Shown in pieces: positions 1 through 12,309 of a DNA stretch of 64,000 nt (position 1 is its first letter; every line of letters begins with the position of its first letter). Source of the stretch: Selaginella moellendorffii (Eukaryota > Plantae > Lycopodiophyta); assembly GCF_000143415.4 (NCBI RefSeq), contig NW_003314277.1, forward strand, positions 62,001 to 126,000, read 5' to 3'. Position numbers and translations under genes: made by a program. Below the pieces are notes generated by a model. The model searched no databases. It worked only from the letters and a program-made list of their open reading frames with translations, and was not told where the DNA came from.

Positions 1-295
1 TGGCTTTGCAAAAAGCAAAAAGCTTCAGAAACAAACACCAAATTGCATTATCAACTCAGATGGCCCTTGAGGAAGATGATGCAATTATTGAAAAGCATCA
101 TTATAATCATTAACATGTCTAAATGCATGTTTAAAAACATCTGGGAGAATGCTCCAATCCTCATGAATGGGTACACTCAAACCATTATACTATTGCAATG
201 CCATCCTTTAAAGACATATGGAAAAATTTACACAAATGCCAAGTATCATCCCAAGAATGATATGTGGCAATCACTGTAAAGTGATCAAACCAATA
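1..295 (-). mobile_element. Degenerate gag fragment of the same Ty3/gypsy family as the element at 49637-54193
   Basis: The + strand translation (HYQLRWPLRKMMQLLKSIIIII...LQCHPLKT) aligns with the antisense translation of gag at 50065-50502 (HHRLRWPLAKTMQLLESIIKII...LQRRPLKT). Many differences are C>T/G>A. Confidence 0.75.
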
Positions 296-758
296 TTTTA
301 AATATTTTAATATTTTTAAATTTAGCTAAATAATTTAATTTTTATTATAATGAGTACCATAAATTAATTATGACAAAATAAGGTTTTGTTTTAGTATTTC
401 ATACTCAAGATTTACATATAGATTATAATACTTATATTTGGCAGCCAAAGATCTACAAAGGTTTCTTGATTGTTATTTTGTTCGTCTATAATAAAATTCA
501 GATGTTGTAAGCATTCAACATTGGATGCCTCTTAGTTGTGCCTGACTATCATCTCCTTGTAGTAAATGCGGAGGATACCTCGCTCTGGGAGTGATCCCAA
601 TGTTCTTGACTTATGGTAAGGAAGAAAGCATCAAACAAACACACAAAATTCACAGCCAACTTACAAGACAAATTCGTTCTTTATGGAGTGGTCAATCTGC
701 TCCTGACTTTTTGGATCCTTGTTTCTCAAGAAACCAATAGTTAGCTAGGGTTTAGGGT

Positions 759-1928
759 ATGGCTGCTTCAGCTACATCGAGGCGCTGGCCGATCTATCTC
801 TACGTTCCCAATCTCATTGGTATGCACGATTCGCTTGATCGCCTCAATCTCTACGTTTTATTTTGTGGCAGGGTACGCGAGAATCCTCATAAACATCACG
901 GCTTTTGCGATATGCTTTAGCCACAAGGCTCTTTTCGTGGCGCTCTACTTCTTTAGGTGAGTTTCACAACAATGCCGTCATACATTTTTCTCAAACCCGC
1001 CCGCAGTTTCGTTTGCGATTATTTCGATGGACGCTTTGCCCAATTGCTGAATCAAAGTGAGCGCCTTGTTGTTTGTTTTTTTTTTTTTTTTGGCCTTCTT
1101 GTGTAAAACAAAGCTTTGCTCTACAGGGTCGACATTTGGAGCTGTTCTCGACATGGTCACGGATAGGTAGTGCCGAGAATTCGATTCAATCAAGCTATAA
1201 ATCGCTGTTCTTTCTTTGTTCTTGTCAACAGGGTCAGCACTGCAGCACTTCTCGTCATCCTTTCGCATCTCTTCTCGTAAAATTTCTCAGTTTTTCGCTT
1301 GGTTTGAGGGATTTTTCTTCTGATAGTTTTCCATACCAGGAACGCATATCTCCTGTTTGTGGGGCTTCTCGCCCTCGACATCTCCAGCCACTGGCTCCAG
1401 ATGTACAGGTTTGTTCTTCACAAAACGATTGAAAATACAAATGCGGCTAAACGTCTTTCATTTTTTCTTTCGTAGTACGTTTCTCTCCAACAAAACCAGC
1501 CACAAGGACGTGAACGATAGCAAGAGCCTTCTTCTCCGACTCTACTATCAGTACCGAGCTGTGATGGGCTACTGCGCTATCGGCGCAGAGGTTCTATACC
1601 TCGTCTTGTATCTCTTGGGAGATGGCTCCAAGGATCTCACAGAGGTATGTCTCAATTCTCGCCTTAAACTCTCTCGCATTCCATGTTTGATTTTCTTGTT
1701 TCAATCTAGGTGGTGCTCACGGCTGCTGCCGAGAAATCAGTGTTGTTCTACGTGGGACTATTTGCATTTCCCGGCTGCGTGATCAAGCAGATAGTAAATC
1801 TCGTCCAGGTGAAGTTCTTCTTGCTTCTTTGCTTAGTTCTCACTTGGGTTGTGGTTTTCCAGATGAAAAGCGCGGCAGATTTGTGTGTGGTGCATGACTT
1901 GCAAAAGCCGCAGCAAAAATCCAGCTAG
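759..1928 (+). CDS. PIS: CDP-diacylglycerol--inositol 3-phosphatidyltransferase (phosphatidylinositol synthase), multi-exon
   Basis: Spliced reading gives MAASATSRRWPIYLYVPNLIGYARI..., FVCDYFDGRFAQLLNQ, STFGAVLDMVTDR (CDP-alcohol phosphotransferase motif), SHKDVNDSKSLLLRLYYQYR and KQIVNLVQMKSAADLCV. Short GT-AG introns; TAGGGTTT telobox just upstream. Confidence 0.9.
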
Positions 1929-2026
1929 AAATCGGTGGTTTTTCGACGAAGTATAGCGAGTTTTTAAATCTAAGAAGCCCGCCCTATGGATAGATTTTAG
2001 GGCTCTTCAGTAAGAGCTAGGGCAGG

Positions 2027-3389
2027 ATGGATGCGCTTGAGGAGAGTGTCTTGGCGAGCGTCTGGCGCCAGGGTGGATTCGCGTTCTGCCAGCTGATGAG
2101 GAAATGCCGTAGCGATCCTTCCATGGCCGAGGAGGCGCACGATCTGGCGTGGGAGCAGCTCCATTTGGGGGATTGGCACCAGGTCGATTGTGCTTGGCGG
2201 GACGGGTATGCGTTGGCTTGCGTGTACTGGGCGGAGGAGCTGCGCAGAAAGGGCGATCACGCTGAGGCCACCAGAGTTTTGGATATGGGATTGATGATGG
2301 GAGGCTTGGCTTTTCGCCCCCGGCTCAATGCAGCGATCTCTTCGCTTTCGCAAGCTTCGGAACCACCCTCTGCTGTTCGTGGAGACGATCAGCTCACAGT
2401 CCAGGTAGCCTCTAGTACTTCTTTTTTTCCTTTCGTGTATGATGCTCATCCTTTGATATTTTTTAGGCTGAAAGCTTGCCACCGGGATCGTTGCAAGGAC
2501 CACCAATGCGAACTATGGCATTTCCATCGATCCAAAAGTTTCTGCAAGAGCTCTTTGCACCGGGTGTTCCTGCGATCTTGACAGACACAATGGCGCATTG
2601 GCCTGCGATGAAGAAATGGAAAGACTTGAGCTACTTTCACAAGATCGCTGGAAACCGGACAGTTCCAGTAGAGGTAACACCGTTGCATCCTTTCACTTTC
2701 CTCGTCTTGAGCGAAACGTTCGATCAGGTAGGCGAGACATACTTGGCGGAAGGCTGGAAGCAAGAGCTCATGACTATGTCTCGCTTCCTAGATCGAATCT
2801 ACGATCCTGGAGACTCTACTTCGAGAGCATATCTCGCTCAGCATCCGCTGTTCGATCAGGTGTGGTTTTGAGTTCCTTGTTCCGTCTTAAGTTGGTTCAA
2901 ACCGTTGATAGGATTAGGCTGCCAGATTCCCGAGCTACAGCGCGACATAGTGACTCCAGATTACTGTGCTTGTGGCGATGGAGAGCTTCACTCGATCAAT
3001 GCCTGGTTTGGTCCCAGCGGTACCGTCACACCTTTACACCACGACCCTCACCACAACTTGCTCGCCCAAGTCGTCGGTACCAAGTACGTGAGGCTTTACT
3101 CTCCAGAGCTCTCGGACTCTTTGCACCCCTTCAGCGATCCAATGCTGCAAAACTCTAGCCAGGTATGAGTTTGTCAGGTCTTTCATCAGTGCTGAAAATT
3201 CTCTCTTGTCCTTTCCAGCTCGATCTTGACAAACCAGACTATGAGCGCTTTCCTCTGGCGGAGAAGCTAGCTTTTGTCGACTGTGTTCTTGGAGAAGGCC
3301 AGATGCTTTACATTCCACCGAAGTGGTGGCATTACGTCAAGTCCCTCAGCCCAAGCTTCTCCGTAAGCTTTTGGTGGCGATCTTCCTAA
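2027..3389 (+). CDS. JMJ30: JmjC-domain protein, JMJD5/KDM8 (JMJ30-like), multi-exon
   Basis: [75 protein letters not shown] and [23 protein letters not shown] are JMJD5-family motifs. Confidence 0.92.
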
Positions 3390-3598
3390 TGAAAGAACGT
3401 GTGCTCGATACGAAGTTTGAGCATGGAAAGAGTGGTGGATCAAGTTTTCGTGGGGGAGTGCGAGGGCTACAAGAGGAAGGTGGTGGCGCTTCTTCACTCC
3501 AATAAGATCTACAGTGTGGTGAATCTGAAAGAGTGAGGATCTCCGTGGCTTGGGGATGAGCCAGGAAGCGAGCGACGCAGAGGTCTTCTCGCTCCAGG

Positions 3599-3672
3599 TA
3601 AGAAAATGCCCAGCGAGTGATCATCTAAGAAAATGCCCAGCGAGTGATCATCTAAGAAAATGCCCAGCGGAT
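3599..3672. repeat. 27-bp tandem repeat (TAAGAAAATGCCCAGCGAGTGATCATC), about 2.6 copies
   Basis: Seen directly in the sequence. Confidence 0.9.
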
Positions 3673-3862
3673 CATCACGAATACGAACGTGTGCTCGACC
3701 CGTTTGCTCTATGAGGGAGTCGCCAAGCTTCTCTATAAGCTTTTGGTGGAACTCTACCAGAATATGCGAAATTTACTGATGGAATGTTCTCACCTTGTAA
3801 GAACCCTATTTTGTGTTGAGAATGTGTGCTCGATGAGGGAGGGGTTTTAATCGCGGCGGGGA

Positions 3863-5656
3863 ATGGCGTGTGTGGCGCCGATGCCGCACAACATTGCGCT
3901 TGCTAGTCCTCGCGATCGCCTCGTTCGATTGGGCGCGCTCTGGTCTGCCGCTCGCCTAGCTTCGTCTTGGTGGCCGCGCCTCGATAGGCGCCTTTGCGCC
4001 GCTGCAATCCAGGTATTTCTCACATCTTATAGGTAGACTACATTTTTTTTCCGTGAGCATTCGTTAAGTTTTACTGGTTTGTCACTTCGTTTTCAGGATA
4101 GAAATGTGGCTGGAGTGAACGATCTCTCTGGGCTGCCTTCTCAGCAGCGCTTCTTTGATGTGATCTTCCTGGGAACAGGGACTAGCGAAGGTGTTCCAAG
4201 AGTTAGCTGTCTTACAAATCGCTATAAGAGATGTCCTGTAAGTTATCGAGTATCATCTTTTGCATTTCTTGTTGTCGCTCACGATGATCCGATCTTGTAC
4301 AGGTCTGCTTCGCTGCCTTGCAGGTCGGCAATAAGAACAGGAGGCGGAACACAAGCATTATCGTACGCTACCCAAGGCGCGATGGAACCAGGATGAACAT
4401 ACTCGTTGATGCTGGCAAGTACGGCGAAATCTAAAAACTATCATCTGTGAGTACTGTATTGTTCCACCACTTTCTGTTCTGGTGTTGCATTGGATGACTG
4501 ACATTGCTAACTTGCGCTGGTCCCGTGACTGAATTCTTCGTGTTCCTATGTAGGTTCTTCTACCACAGTGCGCTTCAATGGTTTCCATACTACGGGTACA
4601 CCTTTTTTTTTTCCTCCCTCTCTCTCATTTCTCGAGATCTTCCTGACAGATTAAGGCACCTTGACGCTGTTATTATTACCCATTCTCATGCGGATGCTAT
4701 TGGCGGTAAGTTTGTAAAGTTTCTGGCACTCTATTTCAACTGTGCAAGTGTTTTTTCAGGTTTGGATGACCTTCGCGACTGGACGAACAACATACAAGAC
4801 TCGATTCCAATATATGTCGCCCAAAGAGATTTGGAGGTGTTGTGAGCTCTTTACGCAGACGAGTGAAAGCTCGACCGAATTCGTTTTTTGCAGGTCATGC
4901 GAAAAACTCACTACTATTTGCTTGATCCGACCGTGATCACGGAGGGAACGCAAGTTTCCAAGCTTCAATTCAAAGTGATTGATGAACAGCCATTCTTTGT
5001 CGAGGACGTGAAGGTCTGGAATATGTTATCCTCTGTTTCTTTAGTTTGATGATTGCTGGACTGCTCAGGTTACACCACTGCCGGTTTGGCACGGCCCTGG
5101 ATATCGTTCTCTAGGATTTCGAATAGCAGACATGTGTTATATCAGGTAAACAGCAAATTTACAGTCGGACAGGGTCCTTGTTGCTTGCGTGTCCACTTGC
5201 AGCGATGTGAGCGAGATTCCAGAGGAAACATATGCACTTCTACAAAACTGCGATTTGTTGGTTGTCGTAAGTTCGCGTTCTTCCTCTAGATCGACGTTGT
5301 TAGTGGTGTTTCTCACGATCATGTCATGCAGGATGCACTGAGACCCGATCGTCCCAGTACGACACATTTTTCTCTTGACCAGGTTTGGATTTGTTCTTGT
5401 AAATTCGCAAAAGAGACATTCTTCTCTTCTGTTTTTCAGGCTTTAGATGCTGTGAAAAGAGTACATCCCAAGCGCACGCTCTTTACAGGTACTCGTCTTT
5501 TTCTATCTTGGTTTTGAGAGCTTAGCTTTGGTTTCAGGGATGATGCACACGATGGATCACGACAAGGTAAATAAACAATTAGCCGACTTGAAACATTCCG
5601 AGGGCCTTGATGTCCAGCTAAGTTTTGATGGACAGCTCGTGCAATTGCGGCTGTGA
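3863..5656 (+). CDS. Metallo-beta-lactamase fold hydrolase (PhnP-like), probable organellar transit peptide, multi-exon
   Basis: IFLGTGTSEGVPRVSCL, ILVDAGK, IITHSHADAIGGLDDLRDWT (HxHxD motif), TPLPVWHG, DALRPDRPSTTHF, GMMHTMDH. Confidence 0.85.
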
Positions 5657-7253
5657 TCTTTTGAATTGTTAAAGCCTGTATTTGAGATTAGTTCAAATCT
5701 TCACAAAGGGTGGCAAGAGGGGATCTTAATGGAGTGTGCCAGGATGGCATTTGCTTCGAGAAGGGATTTTGTATCTCGGTATGTTGTCTTGGAAATGCAA
5801 AGGGATGTTTTTATGAGCATTTCGCCACCCCGAGACGATTTGCAATAATAGTTGAGGATGCTCAAGAATGCTGTCCCTGGATGTCTTAAGCGGCAGAAAT
5901 TACCCCAGGTGGCCATTCTCATCTCTTCCAGGCAAAGGTATCCTTCCAGATGCTTTTCTCCTGATAGAGCAGACCTTCATCAGAAAAAATTATAAGACAA
6001 TCGCCATTCGTTCAGCTCTACAATCGGTTCAAGTTAGACTGTCACTATTCCAAGCTGGTGGAACTGATCATCGGCAAGTCTGGGAACAAACACGAACCAT
6101 TTCCAGGCCATGCCAGGCATCCAGTCCGTCAAGATGAACTCGGCGGCGCTCGCTGTTCAGGTGAGCGGCAGTTCATGCTGTTGTCGTGGAGATCAGGAAG
6201 CTTGCAATGAGCTCAGTCAGCATGAAGCAGGGTTTCGTTCCGGATTTCACCATTTCCAATCAGGCTTAATCATGTGAAAGTTAACGACGATACAGCATCG
6301 CTGATATCTTCTGCGTATGATCCTGACAAGGTAGTCCATTTGTGGTACAGGTATACCCTTCTTTTTTTGTTTCTTCTCTTATACCTGCCATTTTATGTGC
6401 TTTCAGGCAAGGCGGACGGTTCGAACCAGAATCACAACCAAGACGACAAAAGAGAGCATGAGTCGCAATGACTATAGCAACCTCATTTCTAGGTACGTTA
6501 TGGGATCAGAGAGCATGAGTCGTACTGACTATAGCAGCCCATATCCAGGTGCTTGTATGCGATCAGCACTTCAACTTCAGAAGGAAGTCGAGGTTAAACT
6601 TGGTAAGACTCTGTTTTTAAGCGAGTGGTGGCTCTCTAGAGCCTTATAGTTTATAATATCTAATTAGAATCCAAGCATTGGGTTTCGGGGGGCTTTCCCC
6701 GCTGATCGGTGCCTCTTGCTGGAGGAGATCTGCGAGGGCTGGATCATTGAGCGAGGAAATCCAGGCATCCAGCCGCTTGGTCTCCAGCGTGCTTGCTATA
6801 ACCACACCCGGCAATAATACAATGGTTTCTCTTTGTCTACACCCATGTGGGATGAGAAGAAAATGCGAATCGAGAATTCCAGTTACTTCCCCGTCTTTAG
6901 AATCGATTGCCATCTCCGATTCTTGCTGGAGGCTCTACTCGCTCCGATTCATCAAGCTCGTCCTCGACGAGGCTTTAGTTTCCTCTATACATTGGATCTC
7001 TCGTCGACGATGAGAACAGCAGCTGCAGCGCCGTCCAGATGAGCACTTGGAGACAATGCCCTCTGCCTCGTTCCTCCACCGAAGTCCTACAAGCTCGGAC
7101 TACCCGGCTAGGCTCCACAATGGAGTGTAACTCTTTGTTGAAGAGGAAAGCTGTAAAGCTCAGCCAACTCGAACCACTTTAGCAGCATTGTAAATCTCCC
7201 TTTCAGTCAATGGTCATGTTTTTTAGCCTTGTTAGAAGAAATTCAGAGTAAAT

Positions 7254-7325
7254 GTCGTTGTAGTATAGTGGTGAGTATTTCCGCCTGTCACGCGGACGAC
7301 CCGGGTTCGATCCCCGGCAACGGCG
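7254..7325 (+). tRNA. tRNA-Asp (GTC)
   Basis: GTCGTTGTAGTATAGTGGTGAGTATTTCCGCCTGTCACGCGGACGACCCGGGTTCGATCCCCGGCAACGGCG matches the plant tRNA-Asp. The anticodon stem TCCGC/GCGGA pairs, A and B boxes are intact, and TTTT follows. Confidence 0.95.
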
Positions 7326-8307
7326 AGATTTTACATGTTCGACAGATCTGAAGCATCTGAGGCGCTTGGATCTGGATGCATATAGCATCATGCTAAGCTT
7401 GATGTTCATTCCTTCAAACGGAAGAAGGAATTACAAGACAATAATTGAGATTGGGATGATTAAATTAATGTAGAGGATGGGCTTTTTATTTCCAGAACAA
7501 GAAAGTCAGATATATAAAGAGAGTGCTTTCACGTCTTTTTTCCTTTTTTGTTTTTTCTTTTTTTTTAGCTCAGGTCTAAATCTCTTAACCTCTACTTGAT
7601 CACTTTCCTATGACGCTGAGTCATAGTCTTGAGAATCTGGACTACCTAAGCAGCACATAGTCGAAACTAATAACATGGAATGTGTGATTCAGCGTCCCAA
7701 GGTCACAAGCTTTAAAGGGAAAAGGCCACAGCCAAAGAACACTTGAAACAACACCATAGCAAGTTGCTAGCTAGGAATTTAGTCTGACAGATGAGTGTTT
7801 TCCTTCAGTAAGAATAAATAGGATTGTGCAAGCTTCGACCGTACTACGACGGAGAATCTAGCTCTAAATCTTCCATGTTCCACAGTTATCTTCGAAGTAC
7901 AGTCCTATGACATTAGAAGCTCAGGTATCCCAGAACAGCATCAACTCTTAATTTGAGCGAAAATTTCAGGGACGATAAGAAGTGGACCATCTTAAGCCCA
8001 GTAGACAAAGAAAGTGCCATCAGAATTATGTTGGAGATTTTGATTTGTTCTTTTGGGAAAAAAAATTAAAGAACATCTTTGGATTATCAAGGGATTGCAT
8101 GGCATAATTTCACAGCTTGCGAGCCAGTGATTCAACAAAGTTCCAGCAAACAAAAGTAAAACTTTCTGTATGGCTTCTGGCTGAGGGGATAGTATTGATA
8201 TGAGGCGACACATAGGTTGAAACGCCTTGGATCGGTTTTTCAAATGATGTCAAAGTCAGCTTTCTTTCCTGTTCATAATACTTGATAAGTATCATTTTGA
8301 TAATCAA

Positions 8308-8532
8308 GTGGCAGCTCCACCTGATGGACAGATCCATCTCATGACAAGCAAATTTTTTCAAGGCAGCACTGTTGTCACAGTGGCTCACAGGTTCTCCAAC
8401 ATCTTGCATGCAGGTGGGTTCTTCATTTCCCTCTTTTCTTATCATGATTCAAGAGATACAGTCAAGTTTGATACGCCATCGAGATTTGCCAATTTTTTGC
8501 GAGAGTATCAAGACTTAACGCGATTAGATTAG
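8308..8532 (+). pseudogene. C-terminal remnant of an ABCC/MRP ABC transporter
   Basis: FFQGSTVVTVAHRF...VKFDTPSRFANFLREY resembles the ABCC NBD2 tail (TVITIAHR...EFDTPS.L). No intact upstream exons. Confidence 0.6.
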
Positions 8533-8640
8533 GTTAATGAGCATCCCCGTGTACGAATTCGATTGCAAAACGAAACGAAAGTTCTAAAGTATTATACACC
8601 TTGCATTTTCTCGAGGAGAAGTTTTACCTTCGGCCTCTTT

Positions 8641-8729
8641 CACCGCACAAGGCATGCGACACATACAGTGGACACGAGCCGAGCCGGGAACTAGCTTTTG
8701 CCACGTACGAGCCTTATACGGTATAAATA
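8641..8729 (+). promoter_or_regulatory. ELIP-1 proximal promoter: conserved block, ABRE/G-box (GCCACGT 8700-8706) and TATA box (8722-8729)
   Basis: The block CACCGCACAAG..GCGACACATACAGTGGACACGAGC, the ACGTGGC core and TATAAATA are conserved upstream of all four ELIP copies. Confidence 0.7.
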
Positions 8730-8806
8730 TCTGCCATCTCAAATGTAAAGAAAGTAGTTCATTTGCACAGTTTATTTTTTCCTGGCTAGCTCGCAGCTCA
8801 AAAACA

Positions 8807-9539
8807 ATGGCACTCGTCTCAGGCAGCAGCATCGCAACTCTCTCTTCTTCCTCTCTCATCTCCAACAAGCTCCACCTCCAATCCCAATTTCCCACGAGCT
8901 CCAGCTCGCGAAATCTAGTAGTGAGAGCGTCCTCGAACAAATCCAAGGATGGTGGCGATGGCGGCATCAGTGGCGTCCTCGACGACACCAAGAAGGAGAT
9001 CACCCGCGAGGAAGTTCTCAAGAACCAGGCCGAGAACGAGTCGGAGAAGCGCTCAGTGTTTGGCGCCGTGCCATCGTCCGGATCGCTCTATCCCAGGCCA
9101 GAGGTTGAGAGGCGACCAGAGACTGGCGATCGATCATTCCCCAGCTTGATGGCGTTCGATGGAGCCGGCCCAGAAACGATTAATGGAAGACTGGTAAGAG
9201 ATTCTTCGCGTTTTTGCAAGCAACTAACGTGAACTTGACAAGCAGGCAATGATTGGATTGGTGTGGGCATTCGCGGTGGAGCGAATGACGGGACAAACCG
9301 TGGCGGAGCAGCTCTACTCGCCGGGGAGCACTGGTCTTTTCCATTTCTTGGCAGTGGCACAGCTATTCGCCTACGCGTCGCTGGTGCCCATGTTTAAGGG
9401 CGAGAGCCCCGACAGTAGATCAATTGGGCCGTTTAGAGCCATGGCAGAGCGCTGGAACGGGCGAACAGCGATGCTTGGCTTCCTTGCTTTGGTGATCACC
9501 GAGTTTTTCACCAAGATTCCAGTGTTCCACATGATGTAA
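8807..9539 (+). CDS. ELIP: Early light-induced protein (ELIP, LHC-like), copy 1; intron 9194-9245
   Basis: Ser-rich transit peptide; MAFDGAGPETINGRLAMIG (helix 1), ASLVPMFKG, AERWNGRTAMLGFLALVITE (helix 3). Confidence 0.93.
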
Positions 9540-9841
9540 ATTTCCCTCAAAACGTAATTGCCATTCTTTAGCAACTTAAAGTAGGCCTAATTACAGGTGG
9601 TCGGACCATGTAAACGTCCGCCTATGAAGCCAGTCTACAGTTGGTCTCGGTTTCAGACGGTCTTCTTGTGTGATGTAAATTTGTTTGTGTTTAAATCATT
9701 CCTGTTCCCAAAAGTTTCTCTGGTGCAGGACGAATCCAAGTTGCGACTACAAGGAATTAAAAATGTCCATTGAATGCCATTTGTGGCAAAAAAAACTTCT
9801 TTATCAAGTCATGCTTTGTACTTGCTAATTTATGTTTTTAG

Positions 9842-9875
9842 TATTAGGGACCTGGTAGTTCCCAGGTCCCTAATA
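9842..9875. repeat. Perfect 14-bp inverted repeat with 6-nt loop (TATTAGGGACCTGG / CCAGGTCCCTAATA)
   Basis: Seen directly in the sequence. Confidence 0.85.
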
Positions 9876-10226
9876 GTGCACTTCATTAATTGATGGAGAC
9901 ATCTTTCACCTTTTTGCTGCTTGAGCTTTTATATAGCATTACATACCATTCATTCACATATACTGTTTACAAGGTCGCCCAGCACCCTCCAAGAAGCATG
10001 AGACTGATGGGTTCAAATATTCAGCTGTGTATTGTCTAATCTCATTGGCATCAGTGTCGTGTGCATAATCTTATAATCCAAATATAAAGTTGACAAAGAA
10101 TATACCTTAAGTGTCTTTTATATATATATATATATATAGCATTATGCATAAACAACTTGAGTTTCGAGCTGTGGCATACTTTCAAAAACATGTTTTTTGT
10201 CTAGCAATTGCCTTTTCTTGGTATCG

Positions 10227-10286
10227 TAGGATGTAGCTCAGATGGTAGCATGCGAGAGGCACCGTGATCGATACCTGGCATCTCCA
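10227..10286 (+). pseudogene. tRNA-Ala(AGC) pseudogene with the 5' anticodon arm deleted
   Basis: GGATGTAGCTCAGATGGTAG|CATGCGAGAGG...GATCGATACC..GCATCTCCA matches plant tRNA-Ala minus about 13 nt (AGCGCTCGCTTAG), with additional stem mismatches. Confidence 0.85.
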
Positions 10287-10749
10287 TTGAAGCCTAGTGT
10301 AGGAACTCAATTGGAAGCTAGGTTTGCTCTTTGTTCGTTCGTTCACTCTCTCTTCTTCCTGCTTTCTCGAAGAAAGCGAAGAGTAGATGCATGATGCCTC
10401 CCAGGGATGCTGCATGTGCGGATGCCTTTTGCGAGGGAGTACATGTACCGCAAGACTGTCACGGGGTGGAGCGAAGCTAGAAATTCTGCTGATCAGTTTG
10501 AAGGACTGCTTTTTGTTTCTAGGCCTCTGTGGATTTTGATGAAACATGCAACAGAGATCAAATTTCACGTTATTTATTAATGTTTGATCCGTTGCACGGA
10601 GCCACATACAGCCTTTTGTTTTTCAATAGTCTCTATCTAGGCGATCCGCATTTCACGTTTTCCATGCAATTATCAACCAAAACTCAGAACAAGATTATGT
10701 TTGGTTCCAAAAAATATGTTGTGTTTGTGTGGAGGAGGCCACATTTCAA

Positions 10750-12220
10750 ACACTAGCTTTCTCAACGCTCCCCAGTTTGTCATACATTGATCACATCGGC
10801 TCCTGGTGCCAGAAATTCTCGTATGGCTTTGTAAGCGCGGTGGGAAAACCCGGCCGGGCTTCTCGAAGCATGAGAACGCTTGCAGACCTTTGCTTCATCG
10901 CGGGACGTCTGGTCGTTGTGGTTCGTGATTTCCTGGACTCTTGAGTGAAAACTCTTCCTCAAATAACAGGAACTGAGCCGCTCCATGGTGACGGACATGG
11001 TGAGTCCCAATATCTTCTTTTACTCGCTTCTGACACTTGCTTCCTTCCTGCATGCCGGGACATTTCTGCTTTCTCTCCTCCAGATCACAAACCAATCTCC
11101 ATGCTGTGGCCGCTCTAGCGACGAAAAGCCTGATGGATGGATAATCTGTTCAATTTGTGACCACGACCAGGAAACTCCTGAATGCTTCACCACTTAAAAC
11201 CAATCGTTCCCGAGCCAGAAGTTCTCGATGATGATAGCTCATTTCCAGCTGAAGAGGCTCCTGCGTAGTAACCACCGTTGCGTCTCGAATATCTTTCATC
11301 CGGATTGGAGTCGGGTTGCTTGTCAAATTCCGACTTTGAAAGCTGAGACGCTGCTGCATACCAAGCTGATAGAGTGATGCCTCTAGAGAAGCCAAATGAC
11401 TTTTCTGGATAATGTAGTCTCTCGCACACGTTGAACGTCGGACGTCGAGATGAGTCTCCAAAACGACTCGACAGTCCGTGCCAGTAGTATTGCAGCTGCT
11501 TCGAATGAGTGATGTTGGTGCTGTCTGAAGGGAAGAGCCACGGCAGTTTGCGATGATAAGAAATGAGGATTTCCTTGGCGGAGAACTTGTTGCATCTTCT
11601 TCCAAACTGCAGCTCCGACTCTTCCTCTGGAAACCCGCCCCTGTGTGGCATCTCTTCAAGATCTTCTTCTTTGCTCCTCTTCAAGATCTTCTTCTTTGCA
11701 CATTTCTTGCTCCTCCAAATGCTCTTCTTCGAATGATGTGGAGGACTCGTCCAGAAACAATACACCACTGACCAGCAGCTGGCCGCGGATTGACGGAACG
11801 GCTTTTCTTCAAAACCAGCCCGTGGTGTTTCTTCCAAATCTTCTTGCTGCTCCAAGTGCTCTTCAAATGCGGAAGACTCGTCCAGAAACAGAGGAGTTAC
11901 ATCCCCTTCTGAGCAGCTGATCACGGACTGAGCACAATCTTGCTGTACGAGACAACAGTACGATCTAGCTGCTCACCTTCCACCCCTTCTGAGCAGCTGA
12001 TCATGGACGGAGTGACAGCGTCTTGATTGGACGATTTAGTCGTCACGGCCACCAAAGGGATGGTCTTGTTGACGCTGTTGATCAGCTGCACAGCAAGAGT
12101 CTTCAACTCCACGTCCACCATTAAGTTGTAAAGGAGCTGTATGCCGTCCTGATCGAGTCGCTGAAAGAGAAGAGTTCCATATTGTATGGAACTCCCACTG
12201 GGCCACATTTTTAGTAGCAT
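10750..12220 (-). pseudogene. Mosaic of fragments of an unidentified local gene family plus a PPR fragment
   Basis: 10750-11040 is an inverted homologue of about 26980-27190 plus PPR 27832-27870. 11185-11350 is a direct homologue of about 26775-26940. 12070-12170 (LFQRLDQDGIQLLYNLMVDVEL) matches about 22410-22500 (LFQRVNQDDLQLLRNFMIDVEL). Confidence 0.55.
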
Positions 12221-12309
12221 TTTGAGTTGCTAAGGCAGGAAGCAAAGATCGCGAGTGAGTTGCATTTCGTGTGCCGCATTTTGACATTCTCCTTTGCAGT
12301 GGATGAAAA

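Noticed and set aside
3599-3672. Direct repeats as a possible CRISPR array
   Set aside because: There are no unique spacers or cas genes, and the DNA is plant nuclear.
5700-7200. Short ORFs and a duplicated motif (about 6451-6550) between the hydrolase and the tRNA
   Set aside because: No recognisable protein family or consistent exon chain could be built.
7326-7420. Possible dicistronic tRNA-snoRNA downstream of tRNA-Asp
   Set aside because: A TTTT terminator follows the tRNA immediately and no convincing C/D box pair with a terminal stem was seen.
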